DNA of 64,000 nucleotides from Paludibacter sp. (GCA_023666945.1 JAMPAY010000003.1:59200-123199); one strand, 5' to 3'. Shown: positions 1 to 10,008, counted from the stretch's first letter. The notes: generated by a model not told the origin, from the sequence alone. Made by a program: numbers and translations.

Positions 1-1612
1 TATCATGTTTACGGTTCAAATAATTATTCAGTTGCAAATAGCATGCCAACCATTTGTTGATATTGTACTGCACACCCAAGTTTAAATCTATTGTCGGGCG
101 CAGCGCAACAGATTCCCCACCCACACAAGCATATTGTCCACCGGCAAAATAGTTGTCCGAATAAAGCGATATCTTACTGTTTATCTTTGCATCCACACGG
201 AAATTTATCTCCCACGAAGGGCGATAAAACGCATAATCTATCGCATCCATCTTCCAAAATGTATAGTTACCGTCCAAATGGATATTTACAATATCCTGAT
301 AATGATAATCCACCTTTCCGCCTATCTTCCAACGCTGGTGTCCCGAGCCTACCAATGTAAAATACCCTAACGTATCCGTTTGATAAAATACATCATACTT
401 TGTCAACATATAATGGGCATAAATATCTATCAACAAATTGGCTTGCGGACGAATCTTAAAACCCAAGAACGCATCTACGGGCATATAGGTTCTATTGCAC
501 GTATCGGTCAACTCCAATTCTGGATGCAGATAACGGTTGTAATGAAAATTATCACGCACCGATGTTATCATATAGTCACCTACTGCCCCGCCATACAAGG
601 CCAACCAATCCTCTGTCAGTTTGGCCTCAAAAGTAACATTCGGCGAAGGCAAACACAGTTTACCTTTACCTATGGCAAAGTCAACATTCACACCCGCATG
701 AATACCAAATCGTTTACCCTGATATTCATAATAAGGCTCAAACTTCACCACATGATGATGCTGCAATATCGTATCATTACCCGCATCTGTGGCGATTTGC
801 CAATCAGGCGTATCTACCGAATACAACCTATTCTGCACAAGCAAGTTTCCACCGGCATGATGTTCCTCCCCACGCCATTCAAACATCGCTTGCGTATTTA
901 TCTGATGCTCTGTCGCCACATGCCCTATCACAAACGCCTCATAACCTGTTTGCACCATATATCTTATATCCGCATTCGGCAACGAACGCACTCCTATTTT
1001 TGTATCCACCTCCCAGAAGTTGCCTTTCGCATCCTTATCAAAACCTTTGTACGATTCCGTAAAATGCCCCCTTCCTTTGGCAATATCATCATAGTCAAAA
1101 TAACGCCCATAGCGAGTAAAGAACGTATTTTTGCCTGTTACACCGAAATACAAATCCGCCCCCGTAAACAATTTCGAAAAATTCAATCCTACCCAAGTGT
1201 CGCTCAACGTCTTGCGTCCCCATTGTCCCAAATGATGCGCGTCTATATCAAACAATATGTCTTTTTTTTCCGTCAAACGATACGTAAAATCAAACACACT
1301 ATTGATATGACCTATGCCCCCACGCAGAAAGCCATGCAGCGAACGGGGCTGCAAAAAATTCGTTTCCGAATAACCCAATTCATTGAAATTAAAATCCAAT
1401 GCCAACGGATCGGCATAGTCGGAGTAGCGCACCTGTATCGGTTGAAGCACAGGGGTATATACCTGTGGCTTAACGCTCAGTTTTCCCGCTTGACGCACCG
1501 TGGGTTCATATTCTCGTTCCACCGTTACCGTGCGTTCTATAATCGTATCGTTCTGCGCATATATACCCGCAGAACACAACATTAGCAATAGTATATTAAA
1601 AGTCTTCTTCAT
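1..1612 (-). CDS. Outer-membrane beta-barrel-like protein, 3' end cut by window edge. Start ATG at 1610-1612 overlaps the stop of the upstream TPR gene by 17 nt.
   Basis: Reverse-strand translation from 1612 gives MKKTFNILLLMLCSAGIYAQ (signal peptide). A long open frame follows, rich in aromatic/Gly residues in an alternating pattern typical of OM beta-barrels. Frame checked open at several internal points. The plus-strand ORF 380..1585 is a low-complexity antisense artefact. Confidence 0.55.
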   Translation of the reverse strand, partial: MKKTFNILLLMLCSAGIYAQNDTIIERTVTVEREYEPTVRQAGKLSVKPQVYTPVLQPIQVRYSDYADPLALDFNFNELGYSETNFLQPRSLHGFLRGGIGHINSVFDFTYRLTEKKDILFDIDAHHLGQWGRKTLSDTWVGLNFSKLFTGADLYFGVTGKNTFFTRYGRYFDYDDIAKGRGHFTESYKGFDKDAKGNFWEVDTKIGVRSLPNADIRYMVQTGYEAFVIGHVATEHQINTQAMFEWRGEEHHAGGNLLVQNRLYSVDTPDWQIATDAGNDTILQHHHVVKFEPYYEYQGKRFGIHAGVNVDFAIGKGKLCLPSPNVTFEAKLTEDWLALYGGAVGDYMITSVRDNFHYNRYLHPELELTDTCNRTYMPVDAFLGFKIRPQANLLIDIYAHYMLTKYDVFYQTDTLGYFTLVGSGHQRWKIGGKVDYHYQDIVNIHLDGNYTFWKMDAIDYAFYRPSWEINFRVDAKINSKISLYSDNYFAGGQYACVGGESVALRPTIDLNLGVQYNINKWLACYLQLNNYLNRKHD

Positions 1613-4600
1613 TATCTGCCACTTTTTCTGTTTCACGTTCTTCTATCTGTGCAAGACGCTGTTCTATAATATCTTGAATATTATCCTGCGTCCTATAATT
1701 ACTTTGCAAACTCAGCAAATACTGCTTGGCTTGAAAATCATCACCCCGTTTTACGTATATATCCGATAGCAGCACAAAACTCTTTGCCAACCAATACTGA
1801 TGCTGCGTATTCATACCCGCAAATTCCATTACCTCTGCTTCTGCCTTATCTAAATCATCTTGCACAAATGCTAATTCACCTAACAAATACTTCGACTCCG
1901 CCCCTTGCTGAGTTCGCACATCGGTAGCCAAGGTTTGCAAATCTTCCGCGGCCTTCTCATACTGCCCCTGCGCATAATAAGCCCTGCCCCTATTATAGCG
2001 GGCTTCCGACACCAACGTAGCCGACGATGCCACATCGTCTATTATCCGACCCGCAACATCTATCGTGGTCGCATGGTCCTCTAAATAATAACTGCAACGC
2101 AATATTCCCAACCGAGCAATATTCTCTTTATCTATCGAACCGGCCACTTCCTGCAAACGTCTGAAATAAGTCAGGGCGGTAGCATAATCCTTTTCATCAT
2201 AGGCAATCTCGGCAACACGCATACAAGCCTCTTCCATATACGGATTACCCTGTATCTCTGTTAACACCTTATAGGCTTCCGAGGCCTCTTTTCTTTGACC
2301 CAATTGATAATGGCTGTCTGCAAAATAATACTGCGCCGACGTACAATACCTACCGCCCGTACAATACTGCGATACGTATTTCCCCAAGCCTGCCACCGCA
2401 TCTTTATAATTACCCAACATATACTGACGCTCCGCTGCCACATACGTCAACGAATCTTCACGACTATCCGTTGTCATATTAATGCGACCCAACGTTTTTG
2501 TATAAGCCAAATATTCATTCACATTATTGGTTTCTATATAAGCCGACTGTAAGCCGTCCAATGCCGCATAGGCTTCCTCACTGCCCGGATAATTCTTTAT
2601 TACCTGTTTGTACGATGTTATAGCGGCATCGTAATTCTTCAGATTATAATATATCATGGCTTTTTCCAAAGAAGCCTTTCGAGCCATGTTCGAATGCGGA
2701 TAAACACTCAGCAATCGCTCATACGATGTTATGGCGGCATTGTCATTATTACGCTGCAATTCCGCACGCGCTATCTCATACAACGCATCGTCTGCATAAT
2801 CCGATTTCGGATACTGCTTCACCAATTTCTCCAGCACATTTATCTTATCCGAATAGCGTTTCAGCAAACCTAACGAACAACCGCGCTGAAACAAAGCATA
2901 ATCCACACCCGTACCACCTATCGATACCGCTTTGGCATAACACCCTTCTGCACGCACATAGTCACGGGCTGTAAAATAGCAATCGCCCTGACGGTTCAGA
3001 GCATCAATATACGTCGATACGCTCGGGTCCGCATGACTGACATAGGCTGTAAAATACTCCAATGCCGCAGCATACTGCTGCTGAGCAAACAACGCATAAC
3101 CTATTGCATAGTCCGTTACCGCATAATTCTTGCTCTTGTCCGCATTCGGCTGACGACAAAATTGTTCATAATCTGCCTGAGCCTGAGCATACGAACCACG
3201 CTTATACTCACTCTCCGCACGCCAAAAGTAACTCTCCGTCTTATAAACCGAGGTCTTCTTTTCGTTGTCAATTACGGCGGTTAAATATCGAATCGCCACA
3301 TCTGTCTTACCCTGCAAAAAAGCATCCGTACCCAACTGATAACGCAGATATTGCTTCGTTTCTTGCATCTGTGTAGTAGGATGCGCTATGCTATCCAAAG
3401 CACCCAAGGCTGCCTGATAGTTCTTCGAAGTCATAAACACATCGCACAACAATTCATACACCTGAGTCTCATATTCCGATCCGGGATACTCTTTCAAAAA
3501 ATCCGTAAATGCACTCACACTCTCACCCAATGCACTTGAAGATTTATAGGTGGTCAAAGCATAATTATACATCGCTTCTTCCCTTATCCTGGCATTCAGT
3601 TTATACCGCATGGCGGCACTATAAGCCATCTTTGCCGCCTCTATCTGACCTTGGTTTGCATAGGCATTACCCAAATGATAGCAGGTATTTTCCGATAGTT
3701 CATCCCGTTCCTTTTTCACGTTATTCAAATAACGCACCGCATTTCCCCAGTCTGAAAGACGGTAATACGACATACCCAGCAAATATATATCATTCCGCAC
3801 AAGCGACTGCTGACGCACTTTCGACAGTCTTTCATACTCACCCAAATGCTCCACTGCTTTGTCATAACGCCCCTCTTGATAATGTATCTCACCCAACATT
3901 CTATGCAACTCCCCGTTATTCTCATTCTCCGGATTACTATCCAACAAATACTCTGCACGCTCATACACCTCATCATATTGCTTCTGTGCATAATATATTT
4001 GAATGATGTAATACGGCACTATGTTCCGATACGCTTGCGTATGCTCTATCGCCAAAAAATCAGGCAATGCCTTGGCATAATTCCCTTGCGAATAATGACA
4101 GAAAGCCGCATAATACTTAGCCTGTAACGTATAGAGATTTTGTGTGCGTTTCAACTGATTAAAACAACTCAAAGCCTGTTGAGTCTCACCCATTTCCAAA
4201 TGAGCATATCCTTTATAAAACAAATAATCAGGTTGATGCTGACGAAACAATTCCTTTGGTTTCACCTGTACAAACGCTTTCAATGCCTGCTTGTACTTAC
4301 CCTTTTCCGTTTGCAGAACACCTATCATAAATTCAGTTTCCGACATGTAAGTACTATAAGGTTCCGCCGCTTTATACGACTGCAATTGTTTTAAGGCGTC
4401 CTTTTGGCGCAATTCATAGGCTATCGCCGTCTTATAAAACGTAGCCTCCGATCTATACTGCAAAGGCAACGACTGTTGCAAATACCTATCTATATATCTG
4501 TAAGCAGCAGCATACTGCCCTTGCTGATAAAGTGTTACACCATCCGTATAAGCAGCGTCCGCCGAACTGTAGATTTCTGTATGTTGAGCCGCAATGCCAT

Positions 4601-4643
4601 GTACTAACAAAGCAGCAAAAAAGAATACCATCAATCGCTTCAT
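1596..4643 (-). CDS. Large secreted tetratricopeptide-repeat (TPR) protein (~1015 aa)
   Basis: ORF 1596..4655. Likely start at second Met (MKRLMVFFFAALLVHGIAAQ signal peptide). Body is repeated A/Y/L-rich 34-aa-like TPR units (e.g. AYRYIDRYL, YYLGMSYYRL, AYYAQGQYEKA). Confidence 0.7.
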   Translation of the reverse strand: MKRLMVFFFAALLVHGIAAQHTEIYSSADAAYTDGVTLYQQGQYAAAYRYIDRYLQQSLPLQYRSEATFYKTAIAYELRQKDALKQLQSYKAAEPYSTYMSETEFMIGVLQTEKGKYKQALKAFVQVKPKELFRQHQPDYLFYKGYAHLEMGETQQALSCFNQLKRTQNLYTLQAKYYAAFCHYSQGNYAKALPDFLAIEHTQAYRNIVPYYIIQIYYAQKQYDEVYERAEYLLDSNPENENNGELHRMLGEIHYQEGRYDKAVEHLGEYERLSKVRQQSLVRNDIYLLGMSYYRLSDWGNAVRYLNNVKKERDELSENTCYHLGNAYANQGQIEAAKMAYSAAMRYKLNARIREEAMYNYALTTYKSSSALGESVSAFTDFLKEYPGSEYETQVYELLCDVFMTSKNYQAALGALDSIAHPTTQMQETKQYLRYQLGTDAFLQGKTDVAIRYLTAVIDNEKKTSVYKTESYFWRAESEYKRGSYAQAQADYEQFCRQPNADKSKNYAVTDYAIGYALFAQQQYAAALEYFTAYVSHADPSVSTYIDALNRQGDCYFTARDYVRAEGCYAKAVSIGGTGVDYALFQRGCSLGLLKRYSDKINVLEKLVKQYPKSDYADDALYEIARAELQRNNDNAAITSYERLLSVYPHSNMARKASLEKAMIYYNLKNYDAAITSYKQVIKNYPGSEEAYAALDGLQSAYIETNNVNEYLAYTKTLGRINMTTDSREDSLTYVAAERQYMLGNYKDAVAGLGKYVSQYCTGGRYCTSAQYYFADSHYQLGQRKEASEAYKVLTEIQGNPYMEEACMRVAEIAYDEKDYATALTYFRRLQEVAGSIDKENIARLGILRCSYYLEDHATTIDVAGRIIDDVASSATLVSEARYNRGRAYYAQGQYEKAAEDLQTLATDVRTQQGAESKYLLGELAFVQDDLDKAEAEVMEFAGMNTQHQYWLAKSFVLLSDIYVKRGDDFQAKQYLLSLQSNYRTQDNIQDIIEQRLAQIEERETEKVADNEEDF

Positions 4644-4689
4644 ATAACCACACAATTAGTCATTTAACTTAATTGGCTGCAAATTTACA

Positions 4690-4697
4690 ACTAATTT
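4690..4697 (-). promoter_or_regulatory. Candidate -7 promoter box for TPR/OMP operon. Plus strand reads CAAATTTA, which is TAAATTTG on the minus strand.
   Basis: Matches Bacteroidetes sigma-AB -7 consensus TAnnTTTG on minus strand, ~47 nt upstream of ATG 4643. Confidence 0.35.
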
Positions 4698-4879
4698 CAC
4701 TCAAAAGCAAATAAAAACACAACGCGAAATACCTACCACTCTCTATTCTGTTAATTGTAAACATTCATCGCAACACGAAAAGAAACAATGCAAATTTATC
4801 AAAACAACAACATTAAGCATAAAATACTATTATTTAGATACTACTATAGCATTATTCGCAAACAACATAGCACACCACA

Positions 4880-4950
4880 GCATTACGAGACCGTAACGAG
4901 ACCTTAACGAGATCATAACGAGACCGTGTCGAGATATCATTCTGTCAAAA
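4880..4950. repeat. Intergenic iteron repeat element, copy A. Tandem 11-bp units TACGAGACCG / TAACGAGACCT / TAACGAGATCA / TAACGAGACCG / TGTCGAGATATCA followed by TTCTGTCAAAA.
   Basis: Direct reading. The same element in reverse orientation sits at 15351-15426, and a degenerate copy at 38050-38130. Confidence 0.7.
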
Positions 4951-5062
4951 CCGCTTGCTCGTTCTCATTCGCCTGACACGTCCTCCATCTAAGTAGACCT
5001 CGTTTTTGATATAGTTACACTAAAAAAGCAACACCACATTGGCTCAAACGGATATTTTTCCG

Positions 5063-5070
5063 TACCTTTG
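5063..5070 (+). promoter_or_regulatory. -7 promoter box TACCTTTG for pepO-NlpC/P60 operon
   Basis: TAnnTTTG consensus, ~57 nt upstream of ATG 5127. Confidence 0.45.
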
Positions 5071-5126
5071 CAAGTCAATACGTTATTACTATAACGATAT
5101 TAATTGTATAATTACACATAAACACA

Positions 5127-7130
5127 ATGAAAACAAAATCTATTTTACTAATTGCACTAACCTGTATGTCAGTAGGATGTAAAAAAGCGCAAACCATAGG
5201 TATCCAATTGGAGAACCTTGACACAACAGCCGTTGCGCAAAACGATTTCTATCAGTACGCCTGCGGAGGATGGATGGCTGCCAATCCTCTGACACCCGAG
5301 TACAGCCGTTTCGGTTCATTCGATAAATTGGCGGAAAACAACCGCGAACAACTTAACGGACTCATTTCCGAAATCGCTGCAACACAACACAAACAAGGAA
5401 CAATCGAGCAAAAAATCGGAGACCTCTACAACCTCGCGCTCGATACCACACGACGCAACAACGAAGGCATTGAGCCGCTCAAGGCATCGTTGCAAGCCAT
5501 CGAAAACATCACCGAACGAGAACAACTCTCTCAATTCCTCGGAGAAAGCATGGAATGCGGTATTTGGGCTATGTATGTTGATGCCGATGAAATGAACAGT
5601 GCCATGAATATGCTCAAAACATATCAAGGAGGCTATGCTCTCGGTGAAAAAGAATACTATTTCGATACCGATGAACACACCACCATGATTCGCAACGAGT
5701 ATCTCAAGCATATTGACACCATGTTCCAACTCTTTGGCTATAACGATGGCGAACAACGCGCACAAACCGTGCTTAGACTCGAAACACTATTGGCAGGAGC
5801 CGCCAAAGACAATGTCGAATTGCGTGACCCCGCTGCCAACTACAACAAAATGAGCATTAACGATCTCAAGACACTTGTACCCGAAGTTAATTGGGATACC
5901 TATCTCAGTGCAATGAACATATCTACCGATAGCATCTCTGTCGGACAAATCAAGCACTTGCAAGAAGCAGGAAAAATGCTTGCAGAAGAACCGCTCGAAG
6001 ATCTCAAAACACTCTTTATCTGGCAAACCATCGACGGAGCGGCATCCTATCTCACCGACGAAATATATGCTGCCAATTTCGCATTCTACGGAAAAATACT
6101 CTCCGGACGCGAAGAACCCTCACCACTCTGGAAACGTGCCGTAAGCATTGTCAACGGAACGCTCGGCGAAGCAGTCGGACAAATGTACGTACAAAAATAC
6201 TTCCCACCGGAGGCTAAAGCACGCATGCTCACATTGGTCGGCAACCTGCAAGAATCACTCTCACAACGTATCGATGCCCTCACATGGATGAGCGACGAAA
6301 CAAAAGCCAAAGCGCAAGAAAAACTTGCCGCTTTCTATGTAAAAGTCGGATATCCTGATAAATGGCGCGACTATACCGATTTGGACATCAACCCCGCTGA
6401 CGCCTACTATACCAACCTCCAACGGGCTGCGAAATTCGAACAGGCATATAGCCTCAGTTTCCTCGACAAACCCGTTGATCGCGACAAATGGTATATGACA
6501 CCGCAAACTGTCAACGCCTACTACAATCCCTCCACCAACGAAATTTGTTTCCCTGCAGGTATACTCCAATATCCCTTCTTCGATATGAATGCCGACGATG
6601 CCTTTAACTATGGGGCAATCGGTGTCGTTATCGGACACGAAATGACGCACGGATTCGATGATCAAGGAAGCCAATTCGATAAAGACGGCAACCTCGCTAA
6701 CTGGTGGACAGCCGAAGACAAAGCCAACTTCGATGCACGTACCAAAGTAATGGCTGACTATTTCGACCATATTGAAGTTGCACCCGGTGTCTATGCCAAC
6801 GGACGCTTCACGCTCGGCGAAAACATTGCCGACCACGGAGGACTGCAGGTATCGTTCCAAGCCTTCAAAAACGCAACAAAAGATGCACCCTTGGCTACAC
6901 GCGAAGGTTTCACACCCGAACAACGTTTCTTCTTGGCATATGCCAATGTTTGGGCCGGCAATATCCGCCCCGAAGAAATTCTGCAACGCACAAAATCCGA
7001 TCCTCACTCACTCGGACGTTGGCGTGTTAATGGAGCGCTACCACACATTCAAGCATGGTACGATGCATGGAATATAACAGAGGAATCACCCCTCTATGTC
7101 GCTCCCGAAAATCGTGTTAGCATTTGGTAA
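5127..7130 (+). CDS. pepO: M13 family zinc metalloendopeptidase (PepO/neprilysin-like), lipoprotein
   Basis: Signal peptide plus lipobox (LTCMSVGC). HEMTHGFDDQG zinc-binding HExxH, downstream ENIADHGG and C-terminal W(R)VN motifs typical of peptidase M13. Confidence 0.85.
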   Translation: MKTKSILLIALTCMSVGCKKAQTIGIQLENLDTTAVAQNDFYQYACGGWMAANPLTPEYSRFGSFDKLAENNREQLNGLISEIAATQHKQGTIEQKIGDLYNLALDTTRRNNEGIEPLKASLQAIENITEREQLSQFLGESMECGIWAMYVDADEMNSAMNMLKTYQGGYALGEKEYYFDTDEHTTMIRNEYLKHIDTMFQLFGYNDGEQRAQTVLRLETLLAGAAKDNVELRDPAANYNKMSINDLKTLVPEVNWDTYLSAMNISTDSISVGQIKHLQEAGKMLAEEPLEDLKTLFIWQTIDGAASYLTDEIYAANFAFYGKILSGREEPSPLWKRAVSIVNGTLGEAVGQMYVQKYFPPEAKARMLTLVGNLQESLSQRIDALTWMSDETKAKAQEKLAAFYVKVGYPDKWRDYTDLDINPADAYYTNLQRAAKFEQAYSLSFLDKPVDRDKWYMTPQTVNAYYNPSTNEICFPAGILQYPFFDMNADDAFNYGAIGVVIGHEMTHGFDDQGSQFDKDGNLANWWTAEDKANFDARTKVMADYFDHIEVAPGVYANGRFTLGENIADHGGLQVSFQAFKNATKDAPLATREGFTPEQRFFLAYANVWAGNIRPEEILQRTKSDPHSLGRWRVNGALPHIQAWYDAWNITEESPLYVAPENRVSIW

Positions 7131-7142
7131 TCACCCTCGGTA

Positions 7143-7934
7143 ATGAAAGGCATTGTTTTACATAGTATTGTTCCGGTTCGCTCCGCTGCCGCGGAGGAAT
7201 CGGAACAACTTACCCAACTGCTTTTTGCCGAAACTTGCGATATTCTCGAAGAACTCCCTCGCTGGAAACGCATACGCAACCATACCGACGGAGAAGAAGG
7301 ATGGGTCGATTTCAAAATGATAACACCCATGACAGAAGAAGAGTATCACAATTTCAGCAAAGCCGATCTATCCGCTCTTGTACGAATGCCCATGGCATTT
7401 GCTGTCAGTGAGAACAACGGACAAACCATACCGCTCACAGCCGGTACCCGACTACCCGACTACAAAGACGGACAGTTTCAAGTGCTTGGAGTACGGTTCC
7501 GCATCGACCCCTCAATGGTCACCACACCACTGTCACTCACTAAAGACAATTTCCTTAGTGTCACCCGTTTCTTGCTCAACACCCCCTATCTGTGGGGAGG
7601 AAAAAACGCGTTAGGAATGGACTGCTCCGGCTTTACCGGAATTGTCATGAGTATCTTCGGACATCAACTTCCTCGCAATGCACGCCAACAAGTAGCCCTC
7701 GGCAATGAAGTTCCTTTCTTGCAAGAAGCACAATGCGGCGACCTTGCCTTTTTCGATCATCGCAGCCGAAACGCTGCTTCAACCAATATCTCACACGTAG
7801 GTATTTTGTTAGACAACGAACATATTATACACTGTTCGGGTAGAGTAAAAGTGGAGCGTATCGATGCTACCGGTATCATTTCTTCTGAAACCGGTGAACA
7901 TACCCACGACTTGCGCATCATCAAACGCCTTTAG
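7143..7934 (+). CDS. NlpC/P60 (C40) family cell-wall peptidase
   Basis: Catalytic Cys in GMDCSGF, His in HVGILLD..H. 13 nt after pepO stop, so co-operonic. Confidence 0.75.
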   Translation: MKGIVLHSIVPVRSAAAEESEQLTQLLFAETCDILEELPRWKRIRNHTDGEEGWVDFKMITPMTEEEYHNFSKADLSALVRMPMAFAVSENNGQTIPLTAGTRLPDYKDGQFQVLGVRFRIDPSMVTTPLSLTKDNFLSVTRFLLNTPYLWGGKNALGMDCSGFTGIVMSIFGHQLPRNARQQVALGNEVPFLQEAQCGDLAFFDHRSRNAASTNISHVGILLDNEHIIHCSGRVKVERIDATGIISSETGEHTHDLRIIKRL

Positions 7935-7957
7935 GAAGGAGAGAAAAATAATATATA

Positions 7958-8000
7958 TACTACAGAGCGGACTTGCGCAATGCAAGTCCGCTCTGTAGTA
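7958..8000. terminator. Bidirectional rho-independent terminator: 19-bp perfect stem TACTACAGAGCGGACTTGC / GCAAGTCCGCTCTGTAGTA, 5-nt loop
   Basis: Perfect inverted repeat between convergent genes. T-run on minus-strand side (TATTTTTCTC), CTTTTAG on plus side. Confidence 0.75.
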
Positions 8001-8023
8001 TAACTCTTTTAGTAAGAAGCTTC

Positions 8024-9967
8024 TTACAAAACAATCTTGAACGATTGTCCCGCTACACTCACCACATACACACCCGCTTGCGATAAGCGAGCCGGAGAAA
8101 CGGCAGAGCCACGGCCACACAAACGCCCGGTTGCATCATACACCATATAAACGTCATCCGTTCCAATTATCACAACCTCGCCATCCGAACGTACATAAAC
8201 CGACACTGAAGTATCCGACACTACCGACTCAACACCACTTGCTGGAACATAGTTCAACCGACGGTCTAACCACGCAATACGATTCGTTACATACTGCTTC
8301 AAGGCATCAACATATTGCTCATACGTTGCATACGTTACCGGATTCATATGCACCCCCGTCTGAAGCATCTTCCAACGCATAAAGTTCAAACGTTGGGAAG
8401 CGTCCAAATCGGCAGCAATACTATCTATGTATGCGCAGAACGAGTTCTCACTAAAGCCTTGCTTATCGCGCAAAGTCTGCCAAAGTTCTTGTAGTTGCGT
8501 TGTTACCTCCGGACGATTAATAACCCTCGTAACCAAAGCACTCATAGATCCTGCGGAAGAACCTCCCGAACGATATACATAGTCTGTTTTATTGTTAATG
8601 GGATATGTGCGATAGTCGTTATCAAACGCAATATCGAAGTCCCATACCGGACCGAAATACATCTTCTTATCGGAGCGTTCCTTATAGATATACGTACTCC
8701 AATAGGTATCGGTATTTCCCGAAAACTCTCCAATCAGGAATAAGCGTAAGAACGAAGGAAGATCTAATATATCATCGTACGTTTCACCGTTCCCGTTAGC
8801 ATATACCAACGATTCCATCTTATTGAAATAGTCTGCAATGTATTGTTTCTGTTGTGGAACAATCTCATCGTCTTTAGGCGACTTAATGGTAACAGGGATT
8901 CCCCTTGCCGAATTAAACCACGACAGTTCTTGGTCGGCATACCCATCCACCTCTAAAAAGTAACCGCCCGTGAGTTCTTCCCCTGCGATATCGGTAGGAG
9001 CCATTTCTACAACAGACACCTTGTTCTTATTAACCTCCACTTGGTCGCACAGTTGATAATTCCCCTTATACTCTCCATTGAGCACTACATCCACCGATTG
9101 ACAGAACGGTGTATATGTAAGCCCGCTGCGACGACTTGCTTCAAATGCAACAATGTTACGCATAAGGGTCTTATCACCATAGTTATTGATAAGCGTCCAC
9201 TTCTTTGCCGTTGCAGGCGCATCCAACAACGACTGCTTCTTATCAAACTTAATACGATACGGTTTCTTCTCAAACTGCATGGAGGCATTGCCTCGCAAAC
9301 GTGATGTTCCCTGCTTTTCAAGCACATCGCTTCCCTCCTTAGAGATAACAATGATATTAGATACAATATCGTGTTCCTTGTCATAAGGTGCTTCTGCATT
9401 GTGTGTATTGATAATCACTGTGGGCAAGTTAGTAAGTTGATAGAGATGCGTATCATCGCCATTTCCTTCAACACCATAAAACTCCACCTCTGCGATATTG
9501 CACCGCGCATTAGCAGGCCCTACATAACGCACATAGCGGAATCCTCTGGAACAATCGACATCTGCATACGACATTTGCCCGATAGTCCCTCTCTCCGTAA
9601 TCATAAAGATAGGAACGGCATCCATAAAGTCTTCTTGATTGGCCCCCTCAAAGATACCGAGAACAACTCGTTCCGGTCCGACTCCGTCGTTGCGCGGCGA
9701 CCACCCTACCTTGGATATAATGTATTTAGCCCCCAAGTCAAGCCCCGTCCATGTATACTGTCGGTCGTACGATGCGAAATAAGTAGACAAATCACCATCA
9801 TGCGCCATGGCTGCCGTATTTATAGTAGTAGACACCGCTCCCGTAGCGTAATCGACCGATTGTTGTGTTCCGATGACAGTACCTGTCAGTTTATCCTGCG
9901 CCGGCAAAGGCATCAGAGAAAAACCTCCCAGCAACGCCACACACACTCTAAAGAATTGTTGTTTCAT
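8024..9967 (-). CDS. Secreted protein with N-terminal F5/8 type C (discoidin) domain, CotH-like central region and T9SS C-terminal sorting domain
   Basis: Signal peptide MKQQFFRVCVALLGGFSLMPLPAQ. Discoidin-like segment (AAMAHDGDLSTYF...YTWTGLDLG..YIISKVGW). WDFDIAFDND motif resembling CotH. C-terminus GVYVVSVAGQSFKIVL resembles Por/T9SS CTD. CotH assignment is tentative. Confidence 0.55.
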   Translation of the reverse strand: MKQQFFRVCVALLGGFSLMPLPAQDKLTGTVIGTQQSVDYATGAVSTTINTAAMAHDGDLSTYFASYDRQYTWTGLDLGAKYIISKVGWSPRNDGVGPERVVLGIFEGANQEDFMDAVPIFMITERGTIGQMSYADVDCSRGFRYVRYVGPANARCNIAEVEFYGVEGNGDDTHLYQLTNLPTVIINTHNAEAPYDKEHDIVSNIIVISKEGSDVLEKQGTSRLRGNASMQFEKKPYRIKFDKKQSLLDAPATAKKWTLINNYGDKTLMRNIVAFEASRRSGLTYTPFCQSVDVVLNGEYKGNYQLCDQVEVNKNKVSVVEMAPTDIAGEELTGGYFLEVDGYADQELSWFNSARGIPVTIKSPKDDEIVPQQKQYIADYFNKMESLVYANGNGETYDDILDLPSFLRLFLIGEFSGNTDTYWSTYIYKERSDKKMYFGPVWDFDIAFDNDYRTYPINNKTDYVYRSGGSSAGSMSALVTRVINRPEVTTQLQELWQTLRDKQGFSENSFCAYIDSIAADLDASQRLNFMRWKMLQTGVHMNPVTYATYEQYVDALKQYVTNRIAWLDRRLNYVPASGVESVVSDTSVSVYVRSDGEVVIIGTDDVYMVYDATGRLCGRGSAVSPARLSQAGVYVVSVAGQSFKIVL

Positions 9968-10008
9968 GATATAGTATTTCGTTTGTAATTATTTCTCTTA
10001 AACAAAAG

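Noticed and set aside
91-370. Two short plus-strand ORFs at the window start
   Set aside because: Antisense to the outer-membrane barrel gene. His/Pro-rich or Ile-rich junk translations.
380-1585. 401-aa plus-strand ORF
   Set aside because: Low-complexity I/R/K/Y-rich translation lying antisense to a well-formed minus-strand gene with signal peptide. It is an artefact.
4880-4950. Possibility that the 11-bp tandem repeats are a CRISPR array
   Set aside because: Units are contiguous with no spacers, only 11 bp long, and no cas genes are present.
6261-7007. 248-aa minus-strand ORF inside pepO. Similar long antisense ORFs at 10473-11210, 18584-19168, 19376-20038, 33410-33961, 36439-36852, 41913-42524, 47711-48517, 51028-51795 and 58605-59432.
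   Set aside because: All are embedded antisense to genes with clear family motifs. Their translations lack motifs and are Cys/Phe/Val-rich shadows of the sense frame.
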